Assembly: GCA_030390025.1 (NCBI GenBank)
Contig: CM059432.1
Coordinates: 98,272,001-98,336,000 of the forward strand
Length of the DNA: 64,000 bases
Direction: 5' to 3'
From: Squalus acanthias
Lineage: Eukaryota
Under the pieces are notes generated by a model, which was given only the letters and a program-made list of their open reading frames with translations, made no database searches and was not told the DNA's origin. Shown one piece after another: positions 37,626-50,260 of this stretch; position 1 is the first letter of the stretch; each line of letters begins with the position of its first letter. The position numbers were made by a program, and so were the translations under genes.

Positions 37626-37839
37626 AAATGAGAAGTTGCACAACACCAGGTTATAGTCCAACAATTTTATTTGAAATTACGAGCTTTCGGAGCTCTGCTC
37701 CTTCTTCAGGTACAGATGTACCTGACGAAGGAGCGGAGCTCCGAAAGCTCGTAATTTCAAATAAAACTGTTGGACAATAACCTGGTGTTGTGCGACTTCT
37801 CATTTTTGTCCACCCCAGTCCAACACCGGCATCTCCGCA
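37626..37839. mobile_element. Penelope-like element terminal fragment forming a ~180-bp palindrome
   Basis: 37626-37712 is the near-perfect reverse complement of 37719-37805, followed by a short tail; TCAATAAGATCAT duplicated at 37613-37625 and 37840-37852. Confidence 0.8.
37719..37753 (+). ncRNA. Minimal hammerhead ribozyme motif (second copy on - strand, 37678-37712)
   Basis: TAC-CTGACGA-AGGAGC-GGA-GCTCC-GAAA-GCTC-GTA: CUGANGA and GAAA cores, GGAGC/GCTCC stem II, TAC/GTA stem I. Confidence 0.7.
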
Positions 37840-38062
37840 TCAATAAGATCATGGCTGATCTTTGACCACAACTCCACTTTCCCGCCTGATCCTCATATCC
37901 CTTGATTCCCCAAGATTCCAAAAATCTATTGATCTCAGCCTTGAATATATTCAATGACTGAGCATCCACAGCACCTTGGGGTAGAGAATTCCAAAGATTC
38001 ATAACCCTCTGAGTGAAGAAATTCCTCCTCATCTCAGTCTCAAATGGCCGACCCCTTATTCT

Positions 38063-38956
38063 GAGAGAAAAAATTCAGTCGCGCCTCGTTTGGGGCGCAA
38101 ATATCGTCCGGGCGCAAAAATTAGCGCCTGGCGCTAATTATCGCCACTGACTGGAAACTTCACTTTTAACGCCCCTGGAGGTGATTGGAGCGCTAAATCA
38201 GGCGCTGCACACCTGTCTTAAGGCGCAAAGGGCGAGGAGTGAGGCGCTAACTCAGAGCGTTGGCGAAGCTCATGTAATGTCAGTCAGCAATGGAACACAC
38301 ACACAATGGCACGGGCCAGTTCTTAAAGGGGAAGGTTAATCTTGCTTTCCATCCACATCCTACTCATTGCAACCTTGAATCTCGGCCTGGAGAGACTTGC
38401 ACATCAAATGTGCTGGAAAGAACAATGGAGAGTACCAGGCAAAGAGCTCAGAGTGCAGCTCCCACAGTCTCTGCTAAATCAATACAAGGAATGGAAAATC
38501 AAAATGAACCTGCAAAGTGCTGCTCAGTACCCAAAACTCCTTCACACAACGTTGAATCTCTCCAGAAGTCTCTCCCTCTCTCTCTCAGAATGCGTAGTTC
38601 AAAAATGGCACCAACAATAAAAGGCAGGAAGCGGTCACCTTTAAATAGCACTCCCCCTTTCCCTTCATGACTGCAGAACGCTCCCCTCAACCTGTCGTTG
38701 CTAGCGTCAGGCGGTAAGGCAGGGGGAGCCACTCAATATCCGCTCCGGGGTGATACCGGGGCGTTGCACACTCGAGTGACGTCATGATCTGCCGGCGCAG
38801 GAGATCGTGGCGGTAGTGTTTAGCGCCGCCACAAAATGTCTAGTTAATTTCTCGAGCGGCGCAAACTTCGCCGCGCCCGGGCGCTAGCTGCTTTGCGCCC
38901 CATTAGCGCCCTCTTAAGGCGCTAACGGGAGGCGCAACCAACTGAATTTTTCCCCC
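38063..38956 (+). mobile_element. Non-autonomous Harbinger, inverted sibling of 26209-27101
   Basis: High similarity over ~890 bp; ends CTGAATTTTTCCCCC; the left boundary and TSD are not clean. Confidence 0.88.
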
Positions 38957-39338
38957 TATGTCCCCTAGTTCTAGGCCCTCCAGCCAGGGAAAACAACCTC
39001 TCAGCATCTACTCTGTCAATCCCCCTCAGTATCTTATTTGTTTCAATGAGATCACCTCTCATTCTTCTAAATTCCAGAGAGTATAGGCCCGATCTACTCA
39101 ATCTCACCTCATAGGACAACCCTCTCATCCCAGGATCAATTTAGTGAATCTTCATTGCACCGCCTCGAAGGCAAAGTATGTCCTTCTTCAGATAAGGAAA
39201 CCAAAACTGTGCACAGTACTCCAGGTGTGGTCTCAGCAAGGCCCTGTACAATTGTAGTAAGACTTCCTTACTCTTGTACTCTTGCAACAAAGGCCCACAT
39301 GCCATTTGCCTTCCTAATTGCCTGCATGCTGACTTTCT

Positions 39339-40182
39339 GGGTTGAGATTTTCTCAGCCCCGAGGAGGCGGATATGGAGTCGAGGCTGCCGGTAAAGTAGC
39401 AGAAAGTGGGGGCGGATGGCAAACCCACCCCCATCCCACCTCCGCGCCCTTTTGCCAGGAGGCGGGAAGATGTGCTGCTTCTGGTCCCGTCTCCTCGAGG
39501 TGGGAAAGGGATTAAATTCTTTTAACTGCCTGTTAACAGGTAGTTAACAGGCAGAAAAAAGGATTAGTTCCATTTTGCCTTTTTAGGTGAAGGCTTCCCG
39601 ACCTCAGAGAACCCCGCCGGGTTGGAGGAGTCGAGTAGGAGGTCTGCGGGGGTCGGAGGGACCTGAAAGTGCGATGTGGAGGTGAGTGATGGGTGCAAGT
39701 GTGGAGTGGTAAGTATGTAAGGTGAGTGTTAAGTTTAAAAAATGTTCACTTACCTTGGTTTCTGCCTACAGCCGTCATCCACTCTGGATCGGGAGTCCTG
39801 ACATCTTCCTTGTCAATTTCACAGACTGGCTGTTGGATCCTCCGAACCAACAATCATCTGAAATATACAAAGTTGAAAGGTTTGATGAGTCCTGAACATA
39901 AGATCTCATCAAACTGCAGAGAATGTCAGTGTTTGACAGCTTCACAGAGCTGTCAAACGCTGACATTTTTCTTTCAAGAAGTCTTGACAGATAGCACGTC
40001 AGATGTTGATGTGCTCTGTCAGTAACTTCTCCCTAATTGGCCTGCTGAGCCCGCGGGGCGGGCTTAACAAGGTCAATCAGGGGAAAATCCTGCTAGTTGG
40101 CCAGAAGATGATGGAGGCGGGACATAGACCCGACAAGCAGCAGTCCCACCTCCAACTCGTCTCCTTTGAGAAAATCCAGCCC
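39339..40182. mobile_element. Harbinger-type MITE
   Basis: TIR GGGTTGAGATTTTCTC / GAGAAAATCCAGCCC; TCT duplication inside the CR1. Confidence 0.8.
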
Positions 40183-42599
40183 TCTGTGTTTCATGCACTA
40201 GGATACGTATATCTCTCTGAACACCAATATTTAATAGTTTCTTACCATTTAAAAAAGATTATTTTTTTCTATTCTTCCTACCAAATTGAATTACCTCACA
40301 TTTCCCAACATTACATTCAATCTGCCATCTTATTGCCCACTCACTTAACCTGTCTATATCGTTTTGCAGGCTCTTTGTGTCCTCCTCACAGCTTACTGTC
40401 CCATCTAGCTTTGTATCATCAGCAAACTTGGATACATTACACTCGGTCCCTTCATCTAAGTCATTAATATAAATTGTATATAGCTGAGGCCCAAGCACTG
40501 ATCCTTGCGGTACCCCACTAGTTCCAGCCTGCCAATCGGAAAATGACCCATTCATCCCTACTCTCTGTTTTCTGTCTGTTAACCAACCTTCTATCCTTGC
40601 TAATATATTACCCCAACCCCTTATCTTGCATAGCAAACTTTTATGCGGCACCTTATCGAATGCCTTTTGGAAATCCAAACGTACTGCATCCACTGGTTCC
40701 CCTTTATTTACCCTGCTAGTTACATCCCCCAAAAGCATAATAAATTTGTTAAACACCATTTTTCCTTTCATAAAACCATGTTGACACTGCTTAATCATAT
40801 TAAGATTTTCTACGTGCCCTGTTACCACGTCCTTGATAATGCAGCATTTTCTCGACAAGTGATGTCAGGCTAACTGGCCTGTAGCTCCCTGTTTTTTCTC
40901 TTCCTCTTAAATAGTGGGCTTACATTTGCTACCTTCCAATCTGCTGGGACCATTCTAGAATCCAGAGAATTTTGTAAGATCACAACCTATGCATCCACTA
41001 TCTCTGCAGCCACCTCTTTTAGAACCCTAGGATGTAGGCCATCAGGTCCAGAGGATTTGTCAGCTTTTAGTCACATTAGTTTATCAAGTACTTTTTCACT
41101 ACTGATATTAATTACTTTAAGTTCCTCACTCTTATTAGCCCCTTGGGTTCCCCACTATTTTTGGTATGCTTTTTGTGTCTTCTACTGTCAAAGCAGATGC
41201 AAAATATTGGTTTAAAGGCTCTGCCATTTCCTTATTCCCATTATAATTTCACCTGTCTCAGCCTCTAAGGGACCAATGCTTACTTTTGCTGCTCTCTTCC
41301 ATTTTGCATACTTGTAGAAGCTCTTACAATCTGTTTTTATATTTCTTGCTCGTTTACTCTCATTTTCTATTTTCTCCCTTTTTATCAATTTTTTGGTCAT
41401 CCTTTGCTGGTTTTTAAAGCTCTCCCAATCCTCAGGCTTACTACTATTCTTCACAACATTAGAAGCCTCTTCATTTAATGTAATACTATCCTTAACTTCT
41501 TTAGTTAGCCACTTTCCCATGGCGTTTTTATTTCTCAATGGAATGTATATTCGTTGAGAATTTTGGAATATTTCTTTAAATGTCTGCCACTGCTTATCTA
41601 CCATCATACCTTTTAATCTAATTTCCCAATCTACCTGAGCCAACTTGCCCCTCATACCTATGCAATTGGCTTGTTAAGTTTAAGACTCTCATTTCAGATT
41701 TAAGTATTTCACTCTCAAACTCAATGTGAAATTCTATCATATTATGATCACTCTTCCCCAGAGGATCCTTTACTATGAGATTACTAATTAACCCTGTCTC
41801 ATTCCATAATAAAAGATTTATAATATCCTATTCACTGGTTGTTTCGCTGATGTATTGTTCTCGGAAACTGTTTTGATTGCATTCCATGAACTCATCCTCC
41901 AGACTATCCTTGCCAATTTGATTTGCCCAGTGTATATGAAGATTAAAGTCCCCCATGATAATTGTATTATCATTGTTACAAGCTCCTATTATTTGTTGGT
42001 TAATACTTTGTCCAACAGTATAGCTACTGTTTGGGTGCCTATAAAATATTCCCACCAGTGATTTCTGCCCCTTGTTATTTCTTATCTCCACCCATACTGA
42101 TTCTACTTCCTGATCTTCCGAGCCGAGATCCTTTCTCACTACTGTCCTTATCTCATCCTTTTATAATCAGGGCTACCCCCTACTTTTCCATTCTGCCTGT
42201 CTTTTTGAAACGTCTAGTAGCCTGGAATATTTAGTTCCCAACCTTGGTCACCTTGCAACCACGTCTCTGTAATGGCTATTAGATAAGAGATGTATCTCTA
42301 TTTGTTCCACTAATTCATCTACCTTGTTATGAATGCTTCATGCATTCAAATAAAGAGCCTTTAATTTTAATTTATTACCATTATTCCCTGTTTTCACCTT
42401 ATTCGCTGTTCACTATTACCATTAAACTCTCTGTCCCTTCCTGTCACACTCTGCTTATTTTTACCCAAATCGCTACACTGCTCCATTGTCTTGACTTTCC
42501 TCTTTAGATTTCTAAATTTCCCCTCACCTGACCCCTCCCCCCTGTTGTTTAAAGCCCTATCTACAGCCCTAGTTTAAATTTAAAACATATATATATATT

Positions 42600-42852
42600 T
42601 AAACATCACCAAAAGAACAAAGGGAGAGGTTGGGGGCAATTTCTCGCACAGAGGGTTGTTAGGACATGGAATGACCTCGTACAAAGAGTGGTGGAAGCAA
42701 AATTCTTAAATCACTTTTAAAAGGGAAGTGTAAACTTCAAAAGGTATGGGAAAAGAACAAGACAATGGGATTAAGGAATTGTTCTCTCAGGAGTCAGCAG
42801 AGTAATAGGTTTGAATGACCCCCTTCTGTGCTCTAAAAGTCTATGATTCTAA
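42600..42852 (+). mobile_element. Old CR1 3' end
   Basis: F.QRVVRTWNDL.QRVVEA motif and TCTATGATTCTA tail. Confidence 0.65.
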
Positions 42853-44521
42853 GTAATATCATCACGGATAGATTTTACATATATATGAAAAAATATGCAA
42901 ATATGTTTCAGATTATTTCAACTGAATTAACATATCTAAAGCCAACTTTTGACATTTTAGCAACCTCATGCTCATGACGATAATTCTCAGATTACCAATT
43001 ACTTGCTAATCATCTGAATATATAACATTGAGGCTATATTATTGATTCAGGAGTCCCTGAATATCTCAATAAATTTATGCTCTGCACCTTAGAATATATG
43101 ACATACAGCGCGCTCATGTAAATGGTGTTGATGACCCTAACTTGATTAGAAGATATGTAACTTTTTTGCATTCACTTTAGGTTACAAGCATCAAGAATAC
43201 AAACCATCCTTCTGACGGAATCCACCAGTATCAACTATCCAAAATCACCCAACATGCAGCAGATCTATGTATCCTAGCAACCAGCAAAGATAAGAGTTAT
43301 AAATCTTTACAGCAATCCCTATAGGTTAGTAGTGATCATTTGTATGTGCTGGTCAGACAGACTTTTCCAAATCTAGAGGAGGAAGTTTAAATATAAAAGC
43401 AGAGAAAAAGACAGTAATGTTTTAGATTTAGGTTGTGGTTAATGCTCCATATTTGTTTAAATGGCATGAATCAGAGAACAAGACCATTAGTACAAAAAAG
43501 AACACCAATGCTCAAATTCCAGATCTATAGTATGTCACCTCAGCTTGAAAATGACTATTGTCATAACAGAAGTAATGCTGTGGAAGGTAGAGGATTAAAT
43601 TGGAGAGAAATATATAAAGGGGAGGCAGAAAACATGTTAACAATGGTTTATAAAAACACAATTGTTTATACTCTGATGTGTAGGAAATTGGCAGAAAACA
43701 GCAAAAAGCTATTTTAAAAAGTCTATCTCATAAAAGCACAACATAGTAAACCAAATGAATTTCAGTCTAAATGTGAAGATATGATAAATAACACAGTAAA
43801 AAAACCTCAATCAAATAAAGTAGATACAAGGGCATCATTTGCAAGACACAGACGAATGAATGAAAGAAAACTTAATAGCCCAGATTTTCTTGTGATGGTG
43901 AGATCTGCGATGGCCCAGTGTCTAGTGCGCCAATTTCACCGTCGATAATTTCCTCCATATTTTCTTGCAATTCTAATAAGAATACGTCGCAGTGAGAATA
44001 GAGGCAAAACAGAAGCAGTGCAGTCAACGGCTGATATATTTATCTCAGCTTTCAATACTTGCAAATAATGAACAAACATTGGAACATGATAGGATTCCTG
44101 GCTGTATATTTGGCACAAGGTTTCCTGCTGTGCACTGATCTTATTGTGAAAGATTGGAATTGATAATGCAGTGGACAGGACATTTTTATTTTCTAATGTA
44201 CCTACTTTGAGCTCCTTGCAAAGAAAGTGAAGAAATCAAGAAAATGGTAGAAAATGACAAAGGCTGCCAGGTTTTGACATATAACAACTATAAAATGAAA
44301 GCATTTGCGCTACAAAATCTAACTGGATCCTGGACAGCATTGAAAATATGGAACGAACGTCATATGTACTGACAATATAACTGACTATTTTATTTGTGGA
44401 TTAATCTATATCTCACATGGAGGCAACCTTGATTTCTGAAATACTACCAATTTCACAAGGATTTGCCCCAAATATTTTGTCAAGTTAACTTGGACTGGTC
44501 AAATTAGGGCTCCTTCAAGAG

Positions 44522-44805
44522 AAAGAAAGAGCTTGCATTTACATAGAGTCTTTCACAACCTCGTCATGACCCAAAGCGATTTACAGCCAGTAAAGAAATT
44601 TTGAAGTTTTGTAATGTAGGAAACGAGGCAGACAATTTATGCACAGCAAGGCCCCAAAAACAGCAATGAGAAATGGCCAGATAATCTGTTTTCATGATGT
44701 TGGTTGAAAACTCCCCTGCTCGTCTTCGGAATAGTGTCATGGGATCTTTATGTCCACCTGAAAGGGCAGACTGGGCCTCAATTTAACATTTCATCCAAAA
44801 GACAG
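44522..44805 (-). mobile_element. SINE (DeuSINE/SacSINE1-like), 5'-truncated
   Basis: Reverse complement of the SINE split across 16256-16462 and 20004-20232. Confidence 0.7.
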
Positions 44806-46148
44806 CCAGGGTAATTTTAATCTCAAAAGAGAAAACACGTCAGTAATTATTTATCCAAAGTTCTATTCTAGCTTTTTTTTTAATTCAGTTTTTTCCTTAG
44901 GTTCAATACTAAAAGATATCAGAGCATTCATGTGCAATTGCCACACTTTCAACAGGCAGAACATTTCAAATGGCAGTTCCATAGCTGAATAAAGGTCTCC
45001 TCTCCCCGGTTCCCAACCTTTTACTGAGAGGCAGATGGAGCAATTTTCAGTTCAGATGCTAATTGGACGGGCAGCGGGCAGCGGGCAGAGTGATCACACC
45101 ATCCACCCGATGGCACCAGCGAGAGGCCCAGTCCATTTTCATAGTCGGGCTTCATCATAATACTTTCGGCAAGCTGTCAGCGTTCATTGAGCACTGGCAG
45201 ACAGCTTGACGATTGGGGTGGGTCGTGAAATCTGGTGGCTCCTCCAGAGCTACAAATAAGGTCTTAAAGTGGGAAGAGGCAATCCAGGATGGGGAGGGCT
45301 ACTGGATGCCCTACAGTGGGTGAGAAGACCTTTGTGGGGTCAGGAGAAGTGTTCAGTGTTTTGTCTCTGATGCATTATTAGAAATCTTCTTTGAGGACTG
45401 GGAGACTTATTCAGCTTTCAAAATCTGTAAACAATTACAAAGCTAAATGTCTGCAAATGTACTCAGCCTAAATTATCCTAATCTTGTTATATGTTTGAGC
45501 TTGACACAGAAATCCTATCAAATGTTCATCCTGCAGTAATCATAGGAAAGACTCATTTTAATCAGACTTTTCTTTCTTACTTCACTCAGCCGCTCATATA
45601 ACTTTATTATTTTTTGATTATGAAATGCTTCCCTTTTCCAAACTTTCTGCAGTATAAAATTGGAAGCATGTGCCAAATTCTACAGAAAAAGTGACAGTCA
45701 AATTAACTTATACTCCTTCATGGCAGGTGTGTGACTAATGCTTTTTTCCATTGTGTTCCATTTTGTAATGATTCATGGTTGTGGATATCCCTTCAAGATA
45801 AACTTGTCAAAACAAATTCTAAAAATAAAGACAAGTTTTCAAAATGGAATTCATGGCTTTTTTCTTCATCCAGAGAAGTCATTCAGAGCCCCAATTTCTG
45901 TGTAATTTTATAAGATATTAAAACAATATCAATTAGTGCAATATTGACATTTAACTTGCTGTTGCTGAACAAATTAGATTGTTGCTTCCTACATTAAATT
46001 GTACTTAATATTTAAACAAGCACCAGGTCGTCAACAGAAGCTTATCTGCTAAGTTAAATCTAAACAATTTTTCACCACATTAAGAATGCTTCTGTAAATT
46101 GTTCTAATAATACACTAAAAGATTATAATGAATGCATTAGACAACATG

Positions 46149-48797
46149 GCCGGGAAATTCGGCACCTTATCGCCGGCTGTTAAGGCCGGTTTCAGCAAAC
46201 AAATGGCGGCTGCCTCGCTTCCGGCCACTTCTGGAGCTTGCGCGGCGGCTGCCATTTTGGGCATGTCAGTAACGCGGCCGTTGCCCGCGTTCACCAGAAG
46301 AATGCTAATCAGTCAGATCGTGACGTCAATCAGCGTGCACGACCTGCTATTTTTGACATTGCCGCTCGACTGCACGCCTTCTCCAAATCATGCACAGTAG
46401 AACATGCTGCATGAGGGAGGCCTCACCAGGGATCATCAACAGCTTGCAGGTGACTTGCTTTTTGATTTCTACTGGCTCTGTGCAAGTTTGTGCAACTGCT
46501 TGGAGCTTTCTACAGTTATTTAAAGTTGGTGAGGTGACAGGGAGTGGTGCTGCAAGTGGAGAAGGACTTGCTTCTGATTTAAAGGGTTCTGATCAGACCA
46601 CTTGCTCCTAGTCATGGGGTCTGTACTTGCAGTCCCCCTCGCGCTGAAGCATGACAAGGGTGATGGCGCAGAGGCAATAAAGACAAGCTGCTCACAGAGG
46701 GAGGAGGAGGGGCAGGAGAGCTCTTAGCAGAAGGCCTTTCCCACCTAGGGTCTTCAGGGAGCACTTCCCTTACCTGCACTGAAGCTAGGAACAGCGTATT
46801 CGGAGGTTCCGTTTGACCAAGGAGTTGGTCACAGAACACTGCCTCTCCTGGAACCAGACCTGCACCTTCACAGCAGGGTGACGACGGCGCTGCCAGTGAC
46901 CCTCAAGGTCCCATGGCCGTCAATCTTTTCACCACCAGATCCTTCCAGTCTGACTAGGCAACATAGCTAACATCTCCCAGTTCGCTGTCTATCGCTGCAT
47001 CCGGGAGGTCACAGAGGCTCTGTACTCCAGGAGAAGGGACTTCATTGTCTTCTCTCTGAACAGAGAGAAGCAGGAGGAGCGCGCACGTGACTTTGCTAGG
47101 ATATCGGGCTTCCCCATGGTGCAGGGCGCCATCGACTATACACATGTGGCTTTGTGGGCGCTGCATATCAATCCTGAGATGTACCACAACTGCAAAGGCT
47201 ACCACTCACCTAATGTGCAGTTGCTGTGCAACCATGCCCAGTACATCAGGACAGCTAATGCCCAGTATCCTGGCAGCAGTCATGATGCCTTCATCCTGTG
47301 CCAGTCCAGTGTGCCAGCAATCTTCCAGCCACCATGTCGAACCGAAGGGTGGCTGCTCGGAGACAATGGCTATCCACTCTACACCTGGTTGATGACTCCC
47401 CTCCGCAACCACACCACTTGTGGCCAGCACTCATATAATGACAGCCATGCTGTCACGAAGAACGTCATCGAGTAGACCACTGGGGCGCTGAAGCAATGGT
47501 TCTGCTGCCTTGACGGCTCAGGAGGAGCCCTCCAGTACTCACCAGAGTGGGTGGCCCATTTTGTGGTGGTCTGCAGCATCCTCCACAACTTGACCATCAT
47601 GAAGACGTGGCCCTTGCCACCATGGGTTCTGCCACCATCTCAGGAGGAGGAGGAAGAGGAAAAGGAAGAGGAAGGGGTAGAAGAGGAGGAGTAGGAGGAA
47701 GAGGAAGGGAGGAGGCAGGCAGAAAATTCTCATTATGGGCTAGCTGTCCGTGAGCACATCATCAGACTCCTGTTCCAATGAACGAATCCCCAGATCCCCG
47801 TTGCTCAACAGTTTCCCACCTTACCGACCCTTTGTCACGGAACATCACAGCTTTGGGCACATCACAAAACAAACATTCTTAACATAATTTATAAATGATT
47901 ATTTTGAATATTACATTAAAAAGTCAACTACGCACCCTTGTGCATTTCCTTAGTGTCTGTCTTTCATGTATCTTTGCCTATTCCAGCGCCCCTTGCAGAG
48001 AGTCGGCACGGGCTTGACCGGCTGAATGGCCTCCTAATGTGCTGTAACGATTCTATGATTCTATACACAGTGCTCCCCCAGTGGCTGCAGCATGGCTGGT
48101 GGAAGGCTGCTTACTTTTGTGGGGGCACTGCAGATGGCCTTGCAGGATGACCTCGAGCAGCTCTGGGCCTAGAAGGCCCGGCTGTAGACTGCACCATGTC
48201 GGCATGGGCTGGCTGGTTGACAAACAATTGCAATGGCACTGGCGGAGTAGCTGTGGTGGTAGTACGAATGTTGTCATCCTGAGAGAGGCAGCAGATTTTT
48301 GCTTCACGGAGTCACTGCTGCTTCCCTGGGGCGGCACCTCAGCATTCCTAGCCATCTGTTGGAGGACAGATTGCTGGACTGCTGTGAGACCCTGCAAGCC
48401 CCTTTCCTAAACTCAGCCATGATGGCAGCAGTCTAATCTTGAATGGCAGCAAGCTGAGCCTGCATGAGAGCAGTCTGAGCTTCCTCTGCAGCACTCAGAC
48501 ATTGGGTCGCTTCCGTTTGTGCTGAAATGGAAGCTGTGACATCGCCCATCACACCCAACAGCATGTTTGAGTCCACAACTCCTCTAATGGAGTTATCCAT
48601 CACTTCCATCCTGGAAATCATGGGTTCCAAGCTCCACGCAAAGCCCCGTGCAATGTTGGAGCCGGACTCCTCCATGCTCCTTGAAAGTGATGCCATTTCA
48701 ATAAGCAGTTCTATGTGCGTGCCCATCACCCTTATTCTGAAGACCACCCCATCAAAGTCCTCATCTGAGCCCTCTGCAGTAGAACTCGCGCGCGAAT
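46149..48797 (+). mobile_element. PIF/Harbinger transposon, copy 3, right part lost
   Basis: Starts GGCCGGGAAATTC; transposase on +, ORF2 last exon on - (~47950-48790); small CR1 tail at ~47993-48065. Confidence 0.85.
46614..47781 (+). pseudogene. Harbinger transposase, disrupted
   Basis: RRPFPPRVFREH, VQGAIDYTH, KGYHSPNVQ, GSSHDAFIL, WLLGDNGYP, KNVIE and CSILHN motifs; poly-Glu tail. Confidence 0.9.
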
Positions 48798-49616
48798 TGG
48801 AGGGAAAAAAAAATCACGTCCTCAGCAACTGTGCAAAATGTGGCCTCATCACAATATACAAATAAAGAGGACATCATATGGCACTATATAAATGCAAGTT
48901 CTCTTTTTTTTCTTTACTCAAGTGAGAAATTTAATCTAATGCTCTATTTCCATAATATTCACTCTAATATCACTATCAGGGAGGTCCTCTTTCTTTGCGA
49001 TTACCACAGATTTTTTAACATTTATTTTCAATCTATATTCCATTGTTATATGATTTACCTTCTCAATAATCTCTTGTAATTATTCTTTTGTGTATTGCAA
49101 TCAGTACTGTATTATTGGCATATCTTAGGGTAATTTATTAATTTTGCAATGATCGTGAACCAACTTCTAAGACATCCACACCGTCTGCCACAATTAATTC
49201 ATAGGATATGTTGAAAACATAGATAATATAACACTTCCTCGATTCCCTCCTCTTTTGATCCATGCCCATTTTGTTAACTTATCAATGCTCACTGCTGTTT
49301 GTCATTCCCAGTAGATCTCCAACAAGCCTTTTTTCATTAACTCCAACTCTTTTGCAGGACATTTATTAATCTTGCATGCTTCATTCTGTCAAATGTCTTC
49401 TCATAATCTATGATGCATAAATACACTCCTCTTCATTATTTGTTTGCCCTGCTCACCTATCATTCTCAAATCATTCAGCAGTCTACATGCTGCCTACAGT
49501 TGAGAAAACATCTGAAATGAATTAACTCCTCTTGTTTCGTGCATCTTAACTTAAAGCAAGCATTCAATTTTGTTACAGAAGCAACTTGTTAATGATTCTG
49601 GTATCAAGACACATCA

Positions 49617-50260
49617 GCCCAGAAATTGCAGCTAGTGTGCTATCATCTTTGGGTTAATAAACTTTTTTCCAGAGACTTTTCACCTGCCCATTAAACCCTG
49701 ATGTTGCTGTTTTCAGATGCATGTGTAAGCTGTGTGATCACCCAACACACACAGTGGGTTGTACAATGGTGCACCAGGATCAATTAGGCTGACGATCAGC
49801 ACTTCAATGGATCCAACAGGCATTTAAACTCCTGCATTTGCACAAGGGAGAGCTGATCATGGATTAGCGCAATCCTATTCCTGTAAAATGGAAGCAGCCA
49901 GAGTAAGAACCAACCAGGTGCAAGGAGTCCTTGTTAGTAACATAGGAACAGGAGTAGGCCATTCAGCCCCTCGAGCCTGTTCCGCCATTGAATTAGATCA
50001 TGGCTGATCTGTATCTTAACTCCATTTACCCACCTTGGTTCCCTATCCCTTAATACCCTTGCCTAACAAAAATCTATCAGTCTCCATTTTCATGAAGTGT
50101 GGGAAAGGAGGTCTGTCCTGCATGGAACGGAGAAATATCCTGCTCAAAAAAGACTGTTAATCAAGTGTGGAAGCAGACTGCAGATAGAGTCAATGCTGTT
50201 GCAAAACTCAGCAGACCTGAATATAGATTGCTTGTCTTTCTTAGATTCTTTCTTGGATTC
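49617..50260 (+). mobile_element. Degenerate Harbinger end with a Myb fragment, interrupted by a CR1 tail (- strand, ~49938-50090)
   Basis: Starts GCCCAGAAATT; VWKQTADRVNAV resembles the Myb helix of the other copies. Confidence 0.5.

Larger units (their letters stand above)
37541..42545 (-). mobile_element. Degenerate CR1 LINE covering nearly all of ORF2, with three nested insertions
   Basis: Endonuclease motifs (VESVWVEIRN, IIMGDFN) at 41828-42139; RT at 40259-40858; C-terminus at 37757-38032; ATAAGAAC tail. Confidence 0.9.

Noticed and set aside
43150..44380. Candidate exons and ORFs in AT-rich unique DNA
   Set aside because: Short, no recognisable protein, and stops occur before plausible donors.
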